DNA from: Octopus vulgaris
Lineage: Eukaryota
Assembly (NCBI GenBank): GCA_951406725.2
Contig: OX597832.1
Span: forward strand, 21,514,001 to 21,578,000
Length of the DNA stretch: 64,000 bases
Reading direction: 5' to 3'
Shown here: positions 39,198 to 53,578 of the stretch, one piece after another
Numbering within the stretch: position 1 is the first letter of the stretch
Layout: each line of letters begins with the position of its first letter
The notes under the pieces: generated by a model
Told to the model about the DNA's origin: nothing
The model's database searches: none
The model's input: the letters and a program-made list of their open reading frames with translations, nothing else
Translations under genes and position numbers: made by a program

Positions 39198-39717
39198 TAG
39201 TAGTAGTAGTAGTAGTGGTAGTAGTAGTAGTATTAGCAGCAGCAGTTGTGATTGTTGTTATATTATATTCTCTTATAGATGCAGGGGTAGGAGGCATTAT
39301 TTGTCTATTGCAAAGGTAGTCTAGAAAAAGAGGTATTGAAAGACTTGTCTTCAATAGAATTTTCTCTTGAATAGAAGAACAATAAGTCGAAAAAAGAAAG
39401 ATACTTCTTTCAAAAACGAAAAGAATACCAACAAGAATTTTACAGACCTTGGTCAATATTTTTTGAAAAGTTTATTGTAATATATTGTGTTGCGAATTCA
39501 TGCTGATGCTGTTGTTGTTGTTGTAGTTGTTGTTGTAGTTGTTGCTGTTGTTGTTGGTGGTGGTGGTGGTGGTGGTGGTGACGGTTCTCATTGTTGTTAT
39601 TGTTGCGAAACCCAAGGATATGTTATCGTAAGAACAGCGAATTAATCTTCTTGAATAACGCACACGTATACTACCGCGCACAAATACACACACTCACACA
39701 CATATTTGTATACATAT

Positions 39718-39788
<71 letters not shown>

Positions 39789-39832
39789 TGCATATGTACA
39801 TACATACATATATATATATGTATGTATATATG

Positions 39833-39875
<43 letters not shown>

Positions 39876-40384
39876 GAATATATATACATTATAAATGTCT
39901 ATATATATGCAATTGTGATTGTGTATGTATGTATGTATGTACCCATGTACGTATGTATGTATATATCATATATTTGAGTACATGTATATTCACGCTTTCA
40001 TTATATTTTCAACATCATTATCATCTTCAATTGTTGTTGCTATTATTATTACTGCCATTATTATCATCATCATCATCATCATCATCATCATTGTCGTCGT
40101 CGTCGTCGTCATTATCATATTATCATTGCTGTTATTTAGAACTCTTTTACATTTATGAGATAAGAAAATACATTTGTGTGGGTTTTTGTGTATGGTAAAT
40201 GTTATGTGTTATTTAATGCTGAGTGCGATGGGATGTCGACGCGGATGGCACGGCGGAATGGCTAAAGAGATTCCGGTTTTGCTGTGAGAAAAACTTTAGA
40301 AGCCAATAACAACCACATCAATAGCACTGCCACCACCATCACTACCACAATCATCAACAACAATACCTACAATAATAATAATAT

Positions 40385-40936
40385 ATCTACTATTGGCACA
40401 AGGCCTGAATTTTTGGGGTAGGTGCTTCACTGATACTTATTTTATCGACTCCGAAAGGATTAAAGGCAAAGTTGACCTTGGCGGAAGTTCAACTCAGAAT
40501 GTAAAAAACGGAAGAAATACCTATTTCTTTACTACCCACAAGGGGCTAAACACAGAGAGGACAAACAAGGACAGACAAACGGATTAAGTCGATTATATCG
40601 ACCCCAGTGCGTAACTGGTACTTATTTAATCGACCCCGAAAGGATGAAAGGTAAAGTGGACCTCGGCGGAATTTGAACTCAATACGTAGCAGCAGACGAA
40701 ATACCTATTTCTTTACTAGCCACAAGGGGCTAAACATAGAAGGAACAAACAAGGACAGACAAACGGATTAAGTCGATTACATCGACCGCAGTGCGTACTT
40801 GGTACTTAATTTATCGACCCCGAAAGGATGAAAGGCAAAGTCGACCTCGGCAGAATTTGAACTCAGAACGTAACGGCAGACGAAATACCGCTAAGCGTTT
40901 CACCCGGTGTGCTAACGATTCTGCCAGCTCGCCGCC
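40385..40936 (-). mobile_element. Nin/Deu-domain SINE composite: head, two tail-B units, then an older tail-A body
   Basis: Junctions AAAGAAATA|GGTATTTC at ~40705 and ~40522. The last unit is more diverged and ends AAATTCAGGCCTTGTGCCAATAGTAG. Confidence 0.88.
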
Positions 40937-40952
40937 GTAATAATAATTATAA

Positions 40953-42312
40953 CTAGCTAAATTACCTGGCGTTACCCCGGTTACTTCTGTTCTTATTCAG
41001 ATTAGTAAACAATAAATATGAATATATAATTTTTTTCCTCATAATTATTTCAAAATATCTATATTTTATTAATAAAATATCCAAATTGTAAAGATTATAG
41101 TATTTAAAATTGAAAATCTATCAATCCTGAATCACCTGGGGGTAAACAATATTCATTGTGTAAAATTTTGTTGGTATCCAAAAGAATAAATTGCTGCTGC
41201 TTCCAACATAGAATTGGCCGTGAGAGAAGCATGTAGTAGAGAGATCAAGTCCAACTACTTTGAGGGATTGACTCTGAGATTTGTTAATTGAAATACCAAA
41301 CCTTAGTCTGACTATAAACTGAAGCCTCTTAAATTTAAATGGAACATCTGTAGGTATGAGAGGAGATTTTGGAATAAAGACATTTTCTTCTTTGTGACTA
41401 CCTTTTATGATTGTTGCCTGCAGGACATGGGGCTTCATGAATGTATCAATTGAGTTCCATTACACAGGTGATGTGGGTCAAGATTCCTAAGTAATATAAT
41501 GGTAGCATCCAGCTTTAGTGTCAAGTTATGTGGAGGCATCCCAGTGGGTTTAAGTGAGTTCAGAAATTCAACAGGGTATTGAACGGCCTGATTTTTCATC
41601 GACTGTTGAGTGAATTGATGGAAAAGTCATTTCTGATGTATCTGTTAACTTTTGAAGAAATTCATGATAGAGTTTATCAACCATTTCATTAGTTGGAGCC
41701 ACTATAGCTCTTTCACATAGCCATTTTACATTAGTGTAATTGACAATCACACATACAGTCATACACACATACATACACTCTCACATTCACTCGTATACAT
41801 ACGCTAAGACAGACATACATTTACGTAACGAACATGCAAACACACACACTCACCGACATATACACACTCATACAAAATGTCTTGTGGTGATGGTGATATA
41901 AAATGTCCTTTACTATGTACTACGTAACAAACGCGCGAACGCACACACACTGATATACAAAATGTGTCGACGTTGTCGTCGTCATCGTGCTATATAATGT
42001 CCTTTACTGTCATATCCAACGAACGTGAAAACAGACACACACTCACAGACACATACACATTCATATACAAAATGTGACGTCGTCGTCGTTGTTTCGTCGT
42101 GGTATAAAATGTCCTTAACTAGAAGTGATTATAGAAAGATTATTTTCGAGAAACTGTTATATTGTTTTAATCCAAATGAAAATAAATTTGCCTGTTTACA
42201 CTCGTGAGGTCTAATGCTATTACTTTGTAGAATTTGATTTGATTTAGTGGAACAATTTTAAAATGCACAGGGGACATACAGACAGACAGATAAAGAATTT
42301 TATGTAGAGAGA
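40953..42312 (-). mobile_element. Internally deleted Helitron with both termini and a PIF1-helicase C-terminal remnant
   Basis: 5' TC after A at 42312; 3' hairpin ACCGGGGTAACGCCAGGT then CTAG before T at 40953. Helicase motifs WLCERAIVAPTN, YPVEFLNSL..TGMPPH.L.LK, LLRNLD...LCNGT, FKRLQF.VRL.F.ISINKSQ.QSL, CFSHGQ.YV at 41121-41730. Three internal repeats at 41868-42122. Confidence 0.92.
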
Positions 42313-42339
42313 TAATTATGATAATCATGATGATTATTT

Positions 42340-42990
42340 CAAATTTTCGCACAAGGCCAGCAATTACGGGGAGGAAATAAGTCGAATGTATCGACCCCGG
42401 CGCTCAGCTAGAACTTATTTTATTCACCCCAAAAGGTTGAAAGGCAAAGTCGACCACTGCTTTTCATCCCTTTAAGGTCGATAAAATAAGTATCAGTATA
42501 GCGGTGGGGTCGATGTAATCGACTTATCTCCTCTCCCGAAATTGCTGACCTTGTGCCAAAATTTTAAACCAATAATTATAATAATAAAAATTATAACCCT
42601 TTCTACAATAGGCGCAAGACCTAAACTTTGAGGGGAGGGGACAAGTCGATTACATCAACTCCAGTACTATATTTTATAAAGAAAATGAAAGTGAAAGTTA
42701 ACCTCGATAGGATTCGAACTCAGAACAAAAAGGGTAGGAAGTAATGCCGCTAAACAATTTCTCCGACATTTTAACGATCTTCCCAGCTTGCAGTGGCACA
42801 AGAGCAGTAATTTTTGAGAGGAGGGGGATAAGTAGCTACCTCTGAGCCCAGGATTGGGCTGACATCTTTTATTATCGAACCCTCATAGATGAAAAATAAA
42901 ACTAACCTCAGCTGGGTTTGAACTAAGTATGTAAAGACTCGGAAAAAAAATGCATCCTTATAATGTCTGACGCTTTACCAATTCTGAAGC
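42340..42990. mobile_element. Cluster of old, diverged Nin/Deu-domain SINE fragments in both orientations
   Basis: Recurrent GTCGA, AAGGCAAAGTCGACC, GCACAAG.CC and GAACTCAGAAC remnants. Confidence 0.7.
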
Positions 42991-42992
42991 CT

Positions 42993-43138
<146 letters not shown>

Positions 43139-43172
43139 AATAATAATAATAATAATGATGATGATGATGATG

Positions 43173-43221
<49 letters not shown>

Positions 43222-43241
43222 TGATGATGATGATGATGATG

Positions 43242-43309
<68 letters not shown>

Positions 43310-43314
43310 TACTG

Positions 43315-43905
43315 AGTTTGGTTTAATGGCCTACCAATGTATACTATGAGTTTCTTTGCCCTAGGAGTCGGGAAGACACTCGGCAAGAAATGGAAGCAAA
43401 TTTGAAAGAAGAAAAAAAAATAATAATAATAATAATAATAATAACAATAATAATAAATACCCTGATTCAGTACCAGACATTGGCTCTCGTGGCTCCTGAT
43501 TGGAAGTGTTATCATGTACATTGTTTTGTCTCGGTATAAAAGATGGGCTACTGTAAATATTCTGCTCAATACCACAGATTTGCTTGTCAGTTGTTTCACC
43601 TTAACCAGCTAACCATGTCCCTTAGTGGCTGACAATATGTGCATCTCTGATCACGAGCAGAAGTAGTGGGGGAGCATCATTGCCATGTGTTGAGAGGGAT
43701 TCTTTGGGGTTTGAATAATTACACCTTTGGAAACATTTTAATTTTTTCCCTTTTCCTCTGTCTTTTCCCCCTTTTCTCTATCACATGACTTTCTAAATGA
43801 ACAATCTAGTCTGTTCATTTTAATGGCCTAGCAGTGTATACAATAAGTCTCTCTGCTCTGGATGTCAAGCAGATACTCGACAAGAATTGGAAACGGAATT
43901 GAAAG
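43315..43905 (+). mobile_element. Two diverged LINE-like 3' ends (43315-43410, 43815-43905), each followed by (TAA)n
   Basis: TTTAATGGCCTA.CA.TGTATAC.AT.AGT.TCT.TGC.CT.GA.GTC...AGA.ACTCG.CAAGAA.TGGAA.C..A.TTGAAAGA in both; family not identified. Confidence 0.55.
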
Positions 43906-43914
43906 ATGATAATG

Positions 43915-43990
<76 letters not shown>

Positions 43991-44528
43991 TGATGATGAT
44001 GATGATGGCAACAAAGACTACGACAACGACCACGACGATGATGATGATTTTTTTACTTACCGCAGAGCCCTCAGTGAGGGGTATTACAAGGACAGGTTAC
44101 AATTTGTTCATAAAAAAGAACCAGTAAACAGAAGAATAACGGAACTGAAACGCTATAAAAACTACAGGTTCGATCCAAAACATGACTATGTGAATGATAC
44201 GGTTCACTTGATATAGGATAACCCCCAACTAGAGCCAAATTCACGAACCACCACAGGTTAAAATTCATCTTGGTTATGTAAGGCACTAGTCCTCACCTCA
44301 CTGTTAGTCCCCAGTCAACAGAGAGGATGGCATTCTTACGAACACATCTTTACCACTGCTCCATTTCAGACCTGTATCCTTCCCATATTCCGAGACTGCA
44401 TGTTCGACAGGATTCCAGTAAAATAGGATTCGCAGAAATCCCTCCATTTCGGTATTCCTCGCTCGTCGCAGTGCCAATGTAATTGCTTTTCTCGCAATTA
44501 TTGTTGTTAAGGTTGTTTTCAGTGACAA

Positions 44529-45024
44529 GGGATCGATAAATTAAGTACCAGTTGCATGCTGGGGTCGATCTAATCGACTGGGTCCCTCCTCCAAAATTTC
44601 GGGCCTTGTGCCTAGAGTGGAAGAGAATATTGCTTTCGAAGTGACAAGGTGATCGAAGTGACAAGGGATCGATAAATTAAGTACCAGTTGCATGTTGGGG
44701 TCGATCTAATTGACTGGGCCCCTCACCCAAAAATTTCGGGCCAAGTGCCTAGAGTAGAAGTGACAAGGCGGCGAACTGGAAACATTGTTAGCACACTGGG
44801 CTAAATGTATAGCGGTATTTCGTCTGCCGTTACGTTCTGAGTTCAAATTCCGCCGAGGTCGATTTTGCCTTTCATCCTTTCGGAGTCGATTAAATAAGTA
44901 CCAGTTACGCACTGCGTGCTAGGGTCGATCTGATCGACTTAATCCGTTTATCTGACCTTGTCTCTCCCCTGTGTGTAGACCCTTGTCGGCAGTAAAGAAA
45001 TAGGTATTTCGTCCGTCTTTATGT
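44529..45024 (+). mobile_element. Tandem Nin/Deu-domain SINEs: two 5'-truncated tail-A copies plus one full tail-B copy
   Basis: Each unit is preceded by AGTGACAAGG; the tail-B copy ends AAAGAAATA|GGTATTTCGTC. Confidence 0.85.
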
Positions 45025-46051
45025 TCCCTCTCTCCTTTACCCACCTCTCTCTATATATACCTCCCTACCTCTCTGCCTCCATCAGAAACACCCCTTCTCT
45101 CTTTCCTCTATTCTCCCTCACTCTTCTTCTCTCCCGCTCTTTCTCTCTCTACCTCTCTACCTCTCTGCCTCCACCACAAACATGCCTTCTCTCTTTCTTC
45201 TATTCTCCCTCTCTCTCCTTCTCCCCCCCTCTCTCTCTCTCTTTCTACCTTTCTATATCTCTACCTCTCTGCCTCCACCACAAACACCCCTTCTCCTTTT
45301 CTTCTATTCTCTCTCTCCTTCTCTCTCTATCTCTCTCTCCTTCTCTCTCTCTCTCTCTCCTCCTCTCTCTCACTCTGTCTCTCACACACATCCTCGTACG
45401 CAATATTTCACTGCACCTTCATTTCAATTTCCTTTTAGTAACAACGAATCACAACCAACGTCAACAACATGGAGTCGCTCTAACTGCTAGGATGACAAGA
45501 GAAATTTCCCTCAACGACGAAAACGTAAAACCGTTTACATATATATGTGGAATACAAGATGACCGAAAAATAACAGTGGAGATGGTCACGACCGAAATAT
45601 GTTTGACAAGATGTCTCCTAAATCAAACCCAACCGAGGGCTAAACAACAGCAGCAACAACATCGATTGAAAACGAAATCCGATGCTTCTGGGTTGGTGTT
45701 GTTTCCAGTTTTATTGTTCGCAGAAGTAAACAATAAAAAGACGCCATGTTTGGATTACTATTTCATTGCAAACCTAACAAAGCCGCCATCTTGATCGTCT
45801 GCCATGCATCCATATACACTTTAGATAGCATATTACTGAGGTTATATAAGTCACTATAACATAAAGTACTTCATCAATTCTACAATGGAAGCAATTCAAT
45901 GGGATTATGTATACATGCGTGTCTTTATGCATTACGCAGTATGAATCTATAAACACGTGCATACGTAAATACACATATAAATATATATGCGTGTGGTGTG
46001 GTAACTGTGTGTGTGTGTGCGTGGATATGTTTGTGTATATGCTTGTGTGTG

Positions 46052-46120
<69 letters not shown>

Positions 46121-46290
46121 TCTTTTTCGTTTATTCTCTCTTTTACTCTTTTATTTGTTTCAGTCATATTTGACTGTGGCCATGCTGGAGCACCGCCTTA
46201 AGCCGACCAAATCAAACCTAGAACTTATTCTTTGTAAGCCTAGTACTTATTCTATCGGTCTTTTTTTTCCGGGACAAGCACAGACACACA

Positions 46291-46350
<60 letters not shown>

Positions 46351-46513
46351 CATATATATATATGTATATATATATGTATGTATTTATGTATGTATGTATG
46401 TATGTATGTATGTATGTATGTATGTATCACATTCCCGAGCGTTAAACTAATACACCTGTTGCTAATACAACTATCTTCGTCTTTTGTTTGTTTTTTTGTA
46501 AATTCCAACAATA

Positions 46514-46582
<69 letters not shown>

Positions 46583-47068
46583 TATATATATAATATATGC
46601 ATATGTATACATATATATATACATATATATATTCATATATACATATATCTATATAAAATATATATATGTATTTATGTATGTATAAATAAATATATATATA
46701 TGTGTATATATATATATATAACATGTCAATTCCATTCGAGTTTTAACTTTGGAATTTTGCTTTTTGAAGCTCGTCCGCTGGTTTCGGCAATCAAAAGCTT
46801 CTATACAACGAAAATAGATAGCTTTCCTAATCATATATCTGAAAATCCGTAAATTTCCGTAGAGTTTATATAAACATTAACAAAGAGATCGGAGTGAACA
46901 ATTCGTCTTACTGCATAATGCTATAATTGTTTCATCGACATTTCATCACAATATTATTGCTGCAATAATATTATGTAATATGGAAAATAATACATCTTAT
47001 TAAATATTATCTATGTGTGTGCGTATTAATCTTTCAATGTATGTATGCGAGTATGCATATATATAAAT

Positions 47069-47119
<51 letters not shown>

Positions 47120-47203
47120 TTTATGTTACACAATATCATAATAATTTTTGTATACACACTCTTAAAGTTCTATTTTATGTATACATACAAATGCACCGAC
47201 ACA

Positions 47204-47272
<69 letters not shown>

Positions 47273-47543
47273 CCATTCATTCACACAACATATTTATATG
47301 TATCTATATGCAAATATATATGTGTGCGTATGTATGTATATGTGCATATGTTAAGACATATGTGTGTATCTATATATATTATATGCATATATTAACATAT
47401 ATATATGTATTTATATATATGTATATGTATATATATATACACATAAATACATTCATACAAAGATACACACATACATACATATAGGCATATATATTGATAG
47501 ACATTTCTATGAATGTATATATGAGTATATATATACATCTATA

Positions 47544-47610
<67 letters not shown>

Positions 47611-48408
47611 ATATATACATATAGTACTATATGTGTGTGCGTATGTATGTGTGTATATAAAATTTTATATAATAAGCCTATACATTTTATCACAGTATGT
47701 GTATATATGTGTGCGTGCGGAGCACGATATGGGTCTACTCGGGGTTAGGTGACATAGTATGTAACCTTGTCTTCACACTTTAATCGGTGTCCCACCCGTT
47801 TTGTTATCTACAGAGAAAGGAAAAAAGGGGCCGGTGTACAAATGAGACCATAGCTTTGTAGACCGACTGGAACGTCACCTTTTAGCCACTCTCTCTCTCT
47901 CTCTTTCTCTCTCCCTCTACCTCTACCTCTCTGCCTCCATCACAAACACTCTCTTCATCTCTCTTTCTTCCCTTTTCCCTCTCTCCCTATCTCCCGTTCG
48001 GTCTTTCTCTCTCTATTTCACTGCCCCTGCATTTCAATTTCCTTTACTTTACTTCCTATATCTGTATCTCTCCCCGTTCTTCTTTCTCTCTCATCTCATC
48101 TCCAGCGACACACACGCCCGCACATTCATTCGTACAGCATCCCAGCATACCTTCAATATACACACACACATGATACGTACTTCCACTTTCACTTTCCCAT
48201 TGTTTCTATACCGTTGCTATTTCTCTCTCCTTCTCTCTCTCTCTCCACGTCTGTATGTCTCCACATTTCGGCTCTCTGTCTATGTCTGTATCATTCCCTT
48301 CTCTCCTTCCTCTCTCTCTCTCTTTCCCCTCTCCTCTTCTCTCTCTTTATCTATCTATCTATCTACTTATCTATCTATCTATCTATCTGTCTATCTATCT
48401 ATCCATCC

Positions 48409-48554
<146 letters not shown>

Positions 48555-48714
48555 TATATCTTATCTATCTACCTATGTATCTATACTTCTATCTATGTTT
48601 ATCTCCATCATTTGCTGCTCTATTTCTTTCTATATTGTTCTTCAAGTTTTCCCTCCCTCTTATTATTTCTCTCTTTCTCTCTCCATTTTCTGCTCTCTGC
48701 CTACCATTATATAC

Positions 48715-48774
<60 letters not shown>

Positions 48775-48987
48775 GTCTATCATCTCTATATCGTGTCCCT
48801 TCCTTCATGTTTCTCACGCTCTATTTCTCTTTGTATTATTCTTCATCGTCTTTTCTCTCTCTCTCTCCCTCCCTCTTTCACTCTCCCCTCTCCTCTCTCT
48901 CTCTCTCTCTCTCGTTCCCCCTTCTTTCTCTGGTTGTCTGTCTATCACTGCATAATTTCTCGCTCTCTCTTTCCCTCAGTATGCCTC

Positions 48988-49032
<45 letters not shown>

Positions 49033-49508
49033 TATTTCTCTCTTTCGCCTTCAGTATATCTCTATACCGTGTCCCGTCGTCCTTCAGTTTTCACTCTCCG
49101 TCAACCTCTACATCATTCTTCACCGTCTCTCCCTTTCTCTGTCACATTCTATCTATATCTCTCTCTTTCTCTCCCTTCCTTCTTACCTCCTTCCTTCTCA
49201 TTCTCTCAATATCCCTCTATGTCCATCCACCTCTCCATCCTTTTATATCGTTTCACTTTGTCTCCCTCCGTGTCTCTATGTCTCCAGGCAGTATTTATTG
49301 TTAAAACGAGAATCATGTGTGTTTAGTAAATGCATGCAACTTGAAGCGGATTCTATTGAACACAATTGTTGAGAGAAATGAAAGCTTTTGTAACCTATCG
49401 TATTCAGCAGACGGTACAGCTCGACATTCTGAATAGCTTTATAATCTTAATCTATGAAATAGCCACACCTAACATTCAACAGGATATCTTCTTCTACTTC
49501 TTCTTCGA

Positions 49509-49580
<72 letters not shown>

Positions 49581-49640
49581 TATATATCATATTTATCATA
49601 TATATATTATGTCATATATATATGTATGAATATATGTATA

Positions 49641-49728
<88 letters not shown>

Positions 49729-50046
49729 TATACATATGGATATATCACTATATATATAAATATATATATACATATATATATATATATGTATATATCACAC
49801 TTAGATATATTTATACATGAATATTATGTGTGTGCGTGTATGCGTGTATGATTGTGTGTGTGTGTGTGCTCACGTGTGTGTGTGCTCACGTGTGTGTGTA
49901 TAAATTTATGTATGTAGGTTGGTATGTATGTGCATAGGCAGTTTTTGTTTTTAGAAAATGTGGCACCACCTAGGAAGAGACGAACCCATAACCTTTAGGC
50001 TACCAATTCCGAAAGAATGTAGGAGAGGGGAAAATATCATCGGACA

Positions 50047-50084
<38 letters not shown>

Positions 50085-50095
50085 CTGCTTAGATG

Positions 50096-50166
<71 letters not shown>

Positions 50167-50665
50167 GGATGGATGGATAGATGGATGGATGGAGAGAGAG
50201 AGAGAGAGAGAGAGAAAGGCACACACACATATATATATACACACATACATATACATAGATATATAGATATATATATATATACAAAACACACACAGTGAGA
50301 GATGAAGTGGGTGAAAGGGAACGGGTGCGTGAATGAGATATATAGTATATGTGTATATTTACGTATATAAGCTGTGAACACGTATACGTATATACATATA
50401 TACAGGCTCATATGTACACATACACACACACACACACACGCACACAAAGGCACGCATTCATAAGCACACATACGCTCTCACACACGCGCGCTCACGCACA
50501 CAAGTGGAACAATAGAAACTAAGAAAAGTTAGATACGGAACGATTCCGCAAAATAAAAATGGTGGGTGGGAAAGCGAAGAAAACTTGAGAAGTACATTGA
50601 GAAATGCGAGATAACCGAGGAAAAAAATAGAAAAAGAGATAAAGGAAAGGGAAAGAGAGAATATA

Positions 50666-50739
<74 letters not shown>

Positions 50740-50787
50740 TATCATATCATATTATATTATATTATATTATATTATATTATATTATAT

Positions 50788-50819
<32 letters not shown>

Positions 50820-51046
50820 AATATATATTATATATATCATATATTATATATATATATATATAATATTATATTATATGTAATATATTATATATAGATATAT
50901 ATTATAGTATATATATCATATATTATATATATATGTATATTATATATATGCATATACATATACACATATACATACACACAACAGACAGGCACACACATAC
51001 ATACGAACACAATCGCGCGTGCACACACATACATACCTATGTGTGT

Positions 51047-51087
<41 letters not shown>

Positions 51088-51339
51088 CATACATGTATAA
51101 GAGAGATAGAGTCGGAGAGAAAGGGAGGGAGAGCAAGAGAGTTTAATGAAATACTTACGCAAATAGTAAGATAAAACGGAACAAGAGTGACAATGACAGA
51201 GAAATTAAGCTGAGAGAGATTCAGTGACAAAAAAAATATACAGAACAACAATGGGAGAGAAAATACCACGAGAAAGATTAAAGGAACAGATTGTATGTAG
51301 GCTGTAAAATTAGATGAAATGTCTAGTACGAAAGTTCAA

Positions 51340-52600
51340 AGCTCACCTTTGCTTTCAGCAAGCGAACGTAGTTTATTTACTTTCCAAGAATCAATTAATG
51401 TTTCGCTTACAGGAGAAGCTTACGTTTGGAGGCAAGTTTAATGTAGAATTATATTTTAAAACCTTTTCTTTGGTGTGACATTTAGACGTGTTCTCCGTTT
51501 TTTAATCCTGCAATAATTCGGAGCACACCTCCGGTTAGCTTCCTTGATGGTAGGGGCAATTTTGTTTAGTACCACCACCACTTTTCCCTAACAAATTATT
51601 TACGTGTTCTTTTGACCTGCATGAAATGGCAGCCACAATTTTTGAAGACAGCTAAAGGATGACCTCAGTAATAAACATTTGTGAAGTTTTAGCCAGGATT
51701 CTTATCCCTGTAATGCTTGCATACTTTAAATATTTCTTAAATACATTAAGGTGGCGAGCTGGCAGAAGCGTTAGCACGCCGGGCGATATGCTTAGCGGTA
51801 TTTCGTCTACCGTTACGTTCTGAGTTCAAATTCCGCCGAGGTCGACTTTGCCTTTCATCCTTTCGGGGTCGATAAATAAAGTACCAGTTACGCACTGGGG
51901 TCGATGTAATCGACTTAATCCGTTTGTCTGCCCTTGTTTGTCCTCTCTGTGTTTAGCCCTTTGAGGGTAGTAAAGAAGTAGGTATTTCGTCTGCTGCTAC
52001 GTATTGAGTTCAAATTCTGCCGAGGTCTACTTTGCCTTTCATCCTTTCGAGGTCGATAAATTATGTACCAGTTGCGGACAGGGGTCGAGCTTATCAACTG
52101 GCTCCCCCCAAAAAAATTTCAGGCCTTCTGCCTATAGTAGAAAGGATTACTTCATAAGTTATTAACAACATTCGTGTTAATATTACTTTGAAACAAATTC
52201 CATTAAGATTTTATCAAGTTTATGGGCGTTCATACTGTGGGAAATTATCAAGCCATCATCCCTTTAAAGGCCAACATTTGTGAGATGGTATTTCTAGCCT
52301 ACAAAACTTCACCACTTCTCATGAGAGTATAAGATTATAGCCAGCTCAAATAGCTCGTTGTTTAACATAAACCTCTTTTCAAAACAGTTTAAGCATTTTC
52401 TGGTGCCCTTCATAACATTAATTTCATTATCTCAAATAGAATTAGAATTTTTGCCAAATTAATATTGAAATGTAGGGGTTAAAAATGATTAGATAAAATT
52501 CCATCATGTCAAATTTGATATACTCCCAATTGTATTTATTGTATATTTAATGTAACCACTTGCTTAAGGTGGAACTATTTTTCCATACACGTGCTTTCCT
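51340..52600 (-). pseudogene. Heavily decayed Penelope-like (Naiad-type) reverse transcriptase, interrupted by a SINE
   Basis: Minus translation WKNSSTLSKWLH*IYNKYNWEYIKFDMMEFYLII (cf. WKNT..VI.WF..I..K....FI.FDI..FYPSI), then ELFEL, then NVGL*RDDGLII (cf. GLYRDDGL), later GHPLAVFK (cf. SNHPP.I.K), in the expected order. Confidence 0.7.
51750..52148 (+). mobile_element. Nin/Deu-domain SINE dimer: head, tail-B unit, tail-A unit
   Basis: Junction AAAGAAGTA|GGTATTTCGTCTG at 51980/51981; second unit ends AAATTTCAGGCCTTCTGCCTATAGTAGAAAGG. Confidence 0.9.
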
Positions 52601-53178
52601 TTGTGGTCGTAGCTACATCAAAGTGAAATTGGAGACCTTGAATTTGAAATTAAGGAATAATAAAGAAATGGATGCATAAAATTCGTGTATTTAGTTGGGT
52701 TTTTGTTTATTTTTCACTTATTACGAAGTTCTTAAAATTGCTAGTCGGTGATAACCATGTTTAGCATTATTTCATTCTCTTTAGAAGTCGTCTGCATATT
52801 ACAACCAGTGACTTATTAGCTAGACATTTCATCAAAAATGGAAATAATTACAGTCTAGTGAAAATTCATGGGATCAAACATCGTTAGCAGATTACGAACC
52901 TAGAGAACAGGGGAAAAGTTCTTAATATTTACTGACAAAACAACTACTTCCAGGGAAATTCTGCCTTGTGAAAATGTCTTATTGTAGCCAACATTTTTGC
53001 ATAAACGTAGACTGAGAATGATATCCATCGTCACCATTTCATTCTACAACTTATTTGAAGAAAGCAAAACCTGGGCATTTAAACCCGACCCTTAATCTAG
53101 GAACAATCGCTAACCAACATAAACTAATTTCTCTAAGAGATGTACAGCAGCAAGGTAACCAGTAAGGTTTCATTCATT

Positions 53179-53578
53179 GGCGAGCTGGCAGAAACGTTAG
53201 CACGCCGGGCGAAATGCGTAGCCGTATTTCGTCTACCGATACGTTCTGAGTTCAAATTCCGCCGAGGTCGACTTTGCCTTTCATCCTTTCGGGGTCGATT
53301 AAATAAGTACCAATTACGCACTGGGGTTGATATAATCGACTTAATCCGTTTGTCTGTCCTTGTTTGTCCTCTCTGTGTTTAGCCCCTTGTGGGTAGTAAA
53401 GAAATATGTATTTAATGAAACTTGTTGGTAAAGACACAAGGAACAGATGATGATGATCCTTTCGGGGTCGATTAAATAAGTACCAATTACGCACTGGGGT
53501 TGATATAATCGACTTAATCCCTTTGTCTGTCCTTGTCTGTCCCCTCTATGTTTAGCCCCTTGTGGGTAATAAAGAAAC
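53179..53578 (+). mobile_element. Nin/Deu-domain SINE tail-B copy (53179-53406) plus a 5'-truncated copy (53456-53578); tail-A fragment at 54093-54205
   Basis: High similarity to the 1387-2174 units. Confidence 0.9.

Noticed and set aside
44050-44520. Non-repetitive minus-strand ORF (68-74 aa) as a host exon
   Set aside because: No recognisable domain or splice context; its hairpin and A-rich end suggest another LINE 3' end, but I could not classify it.
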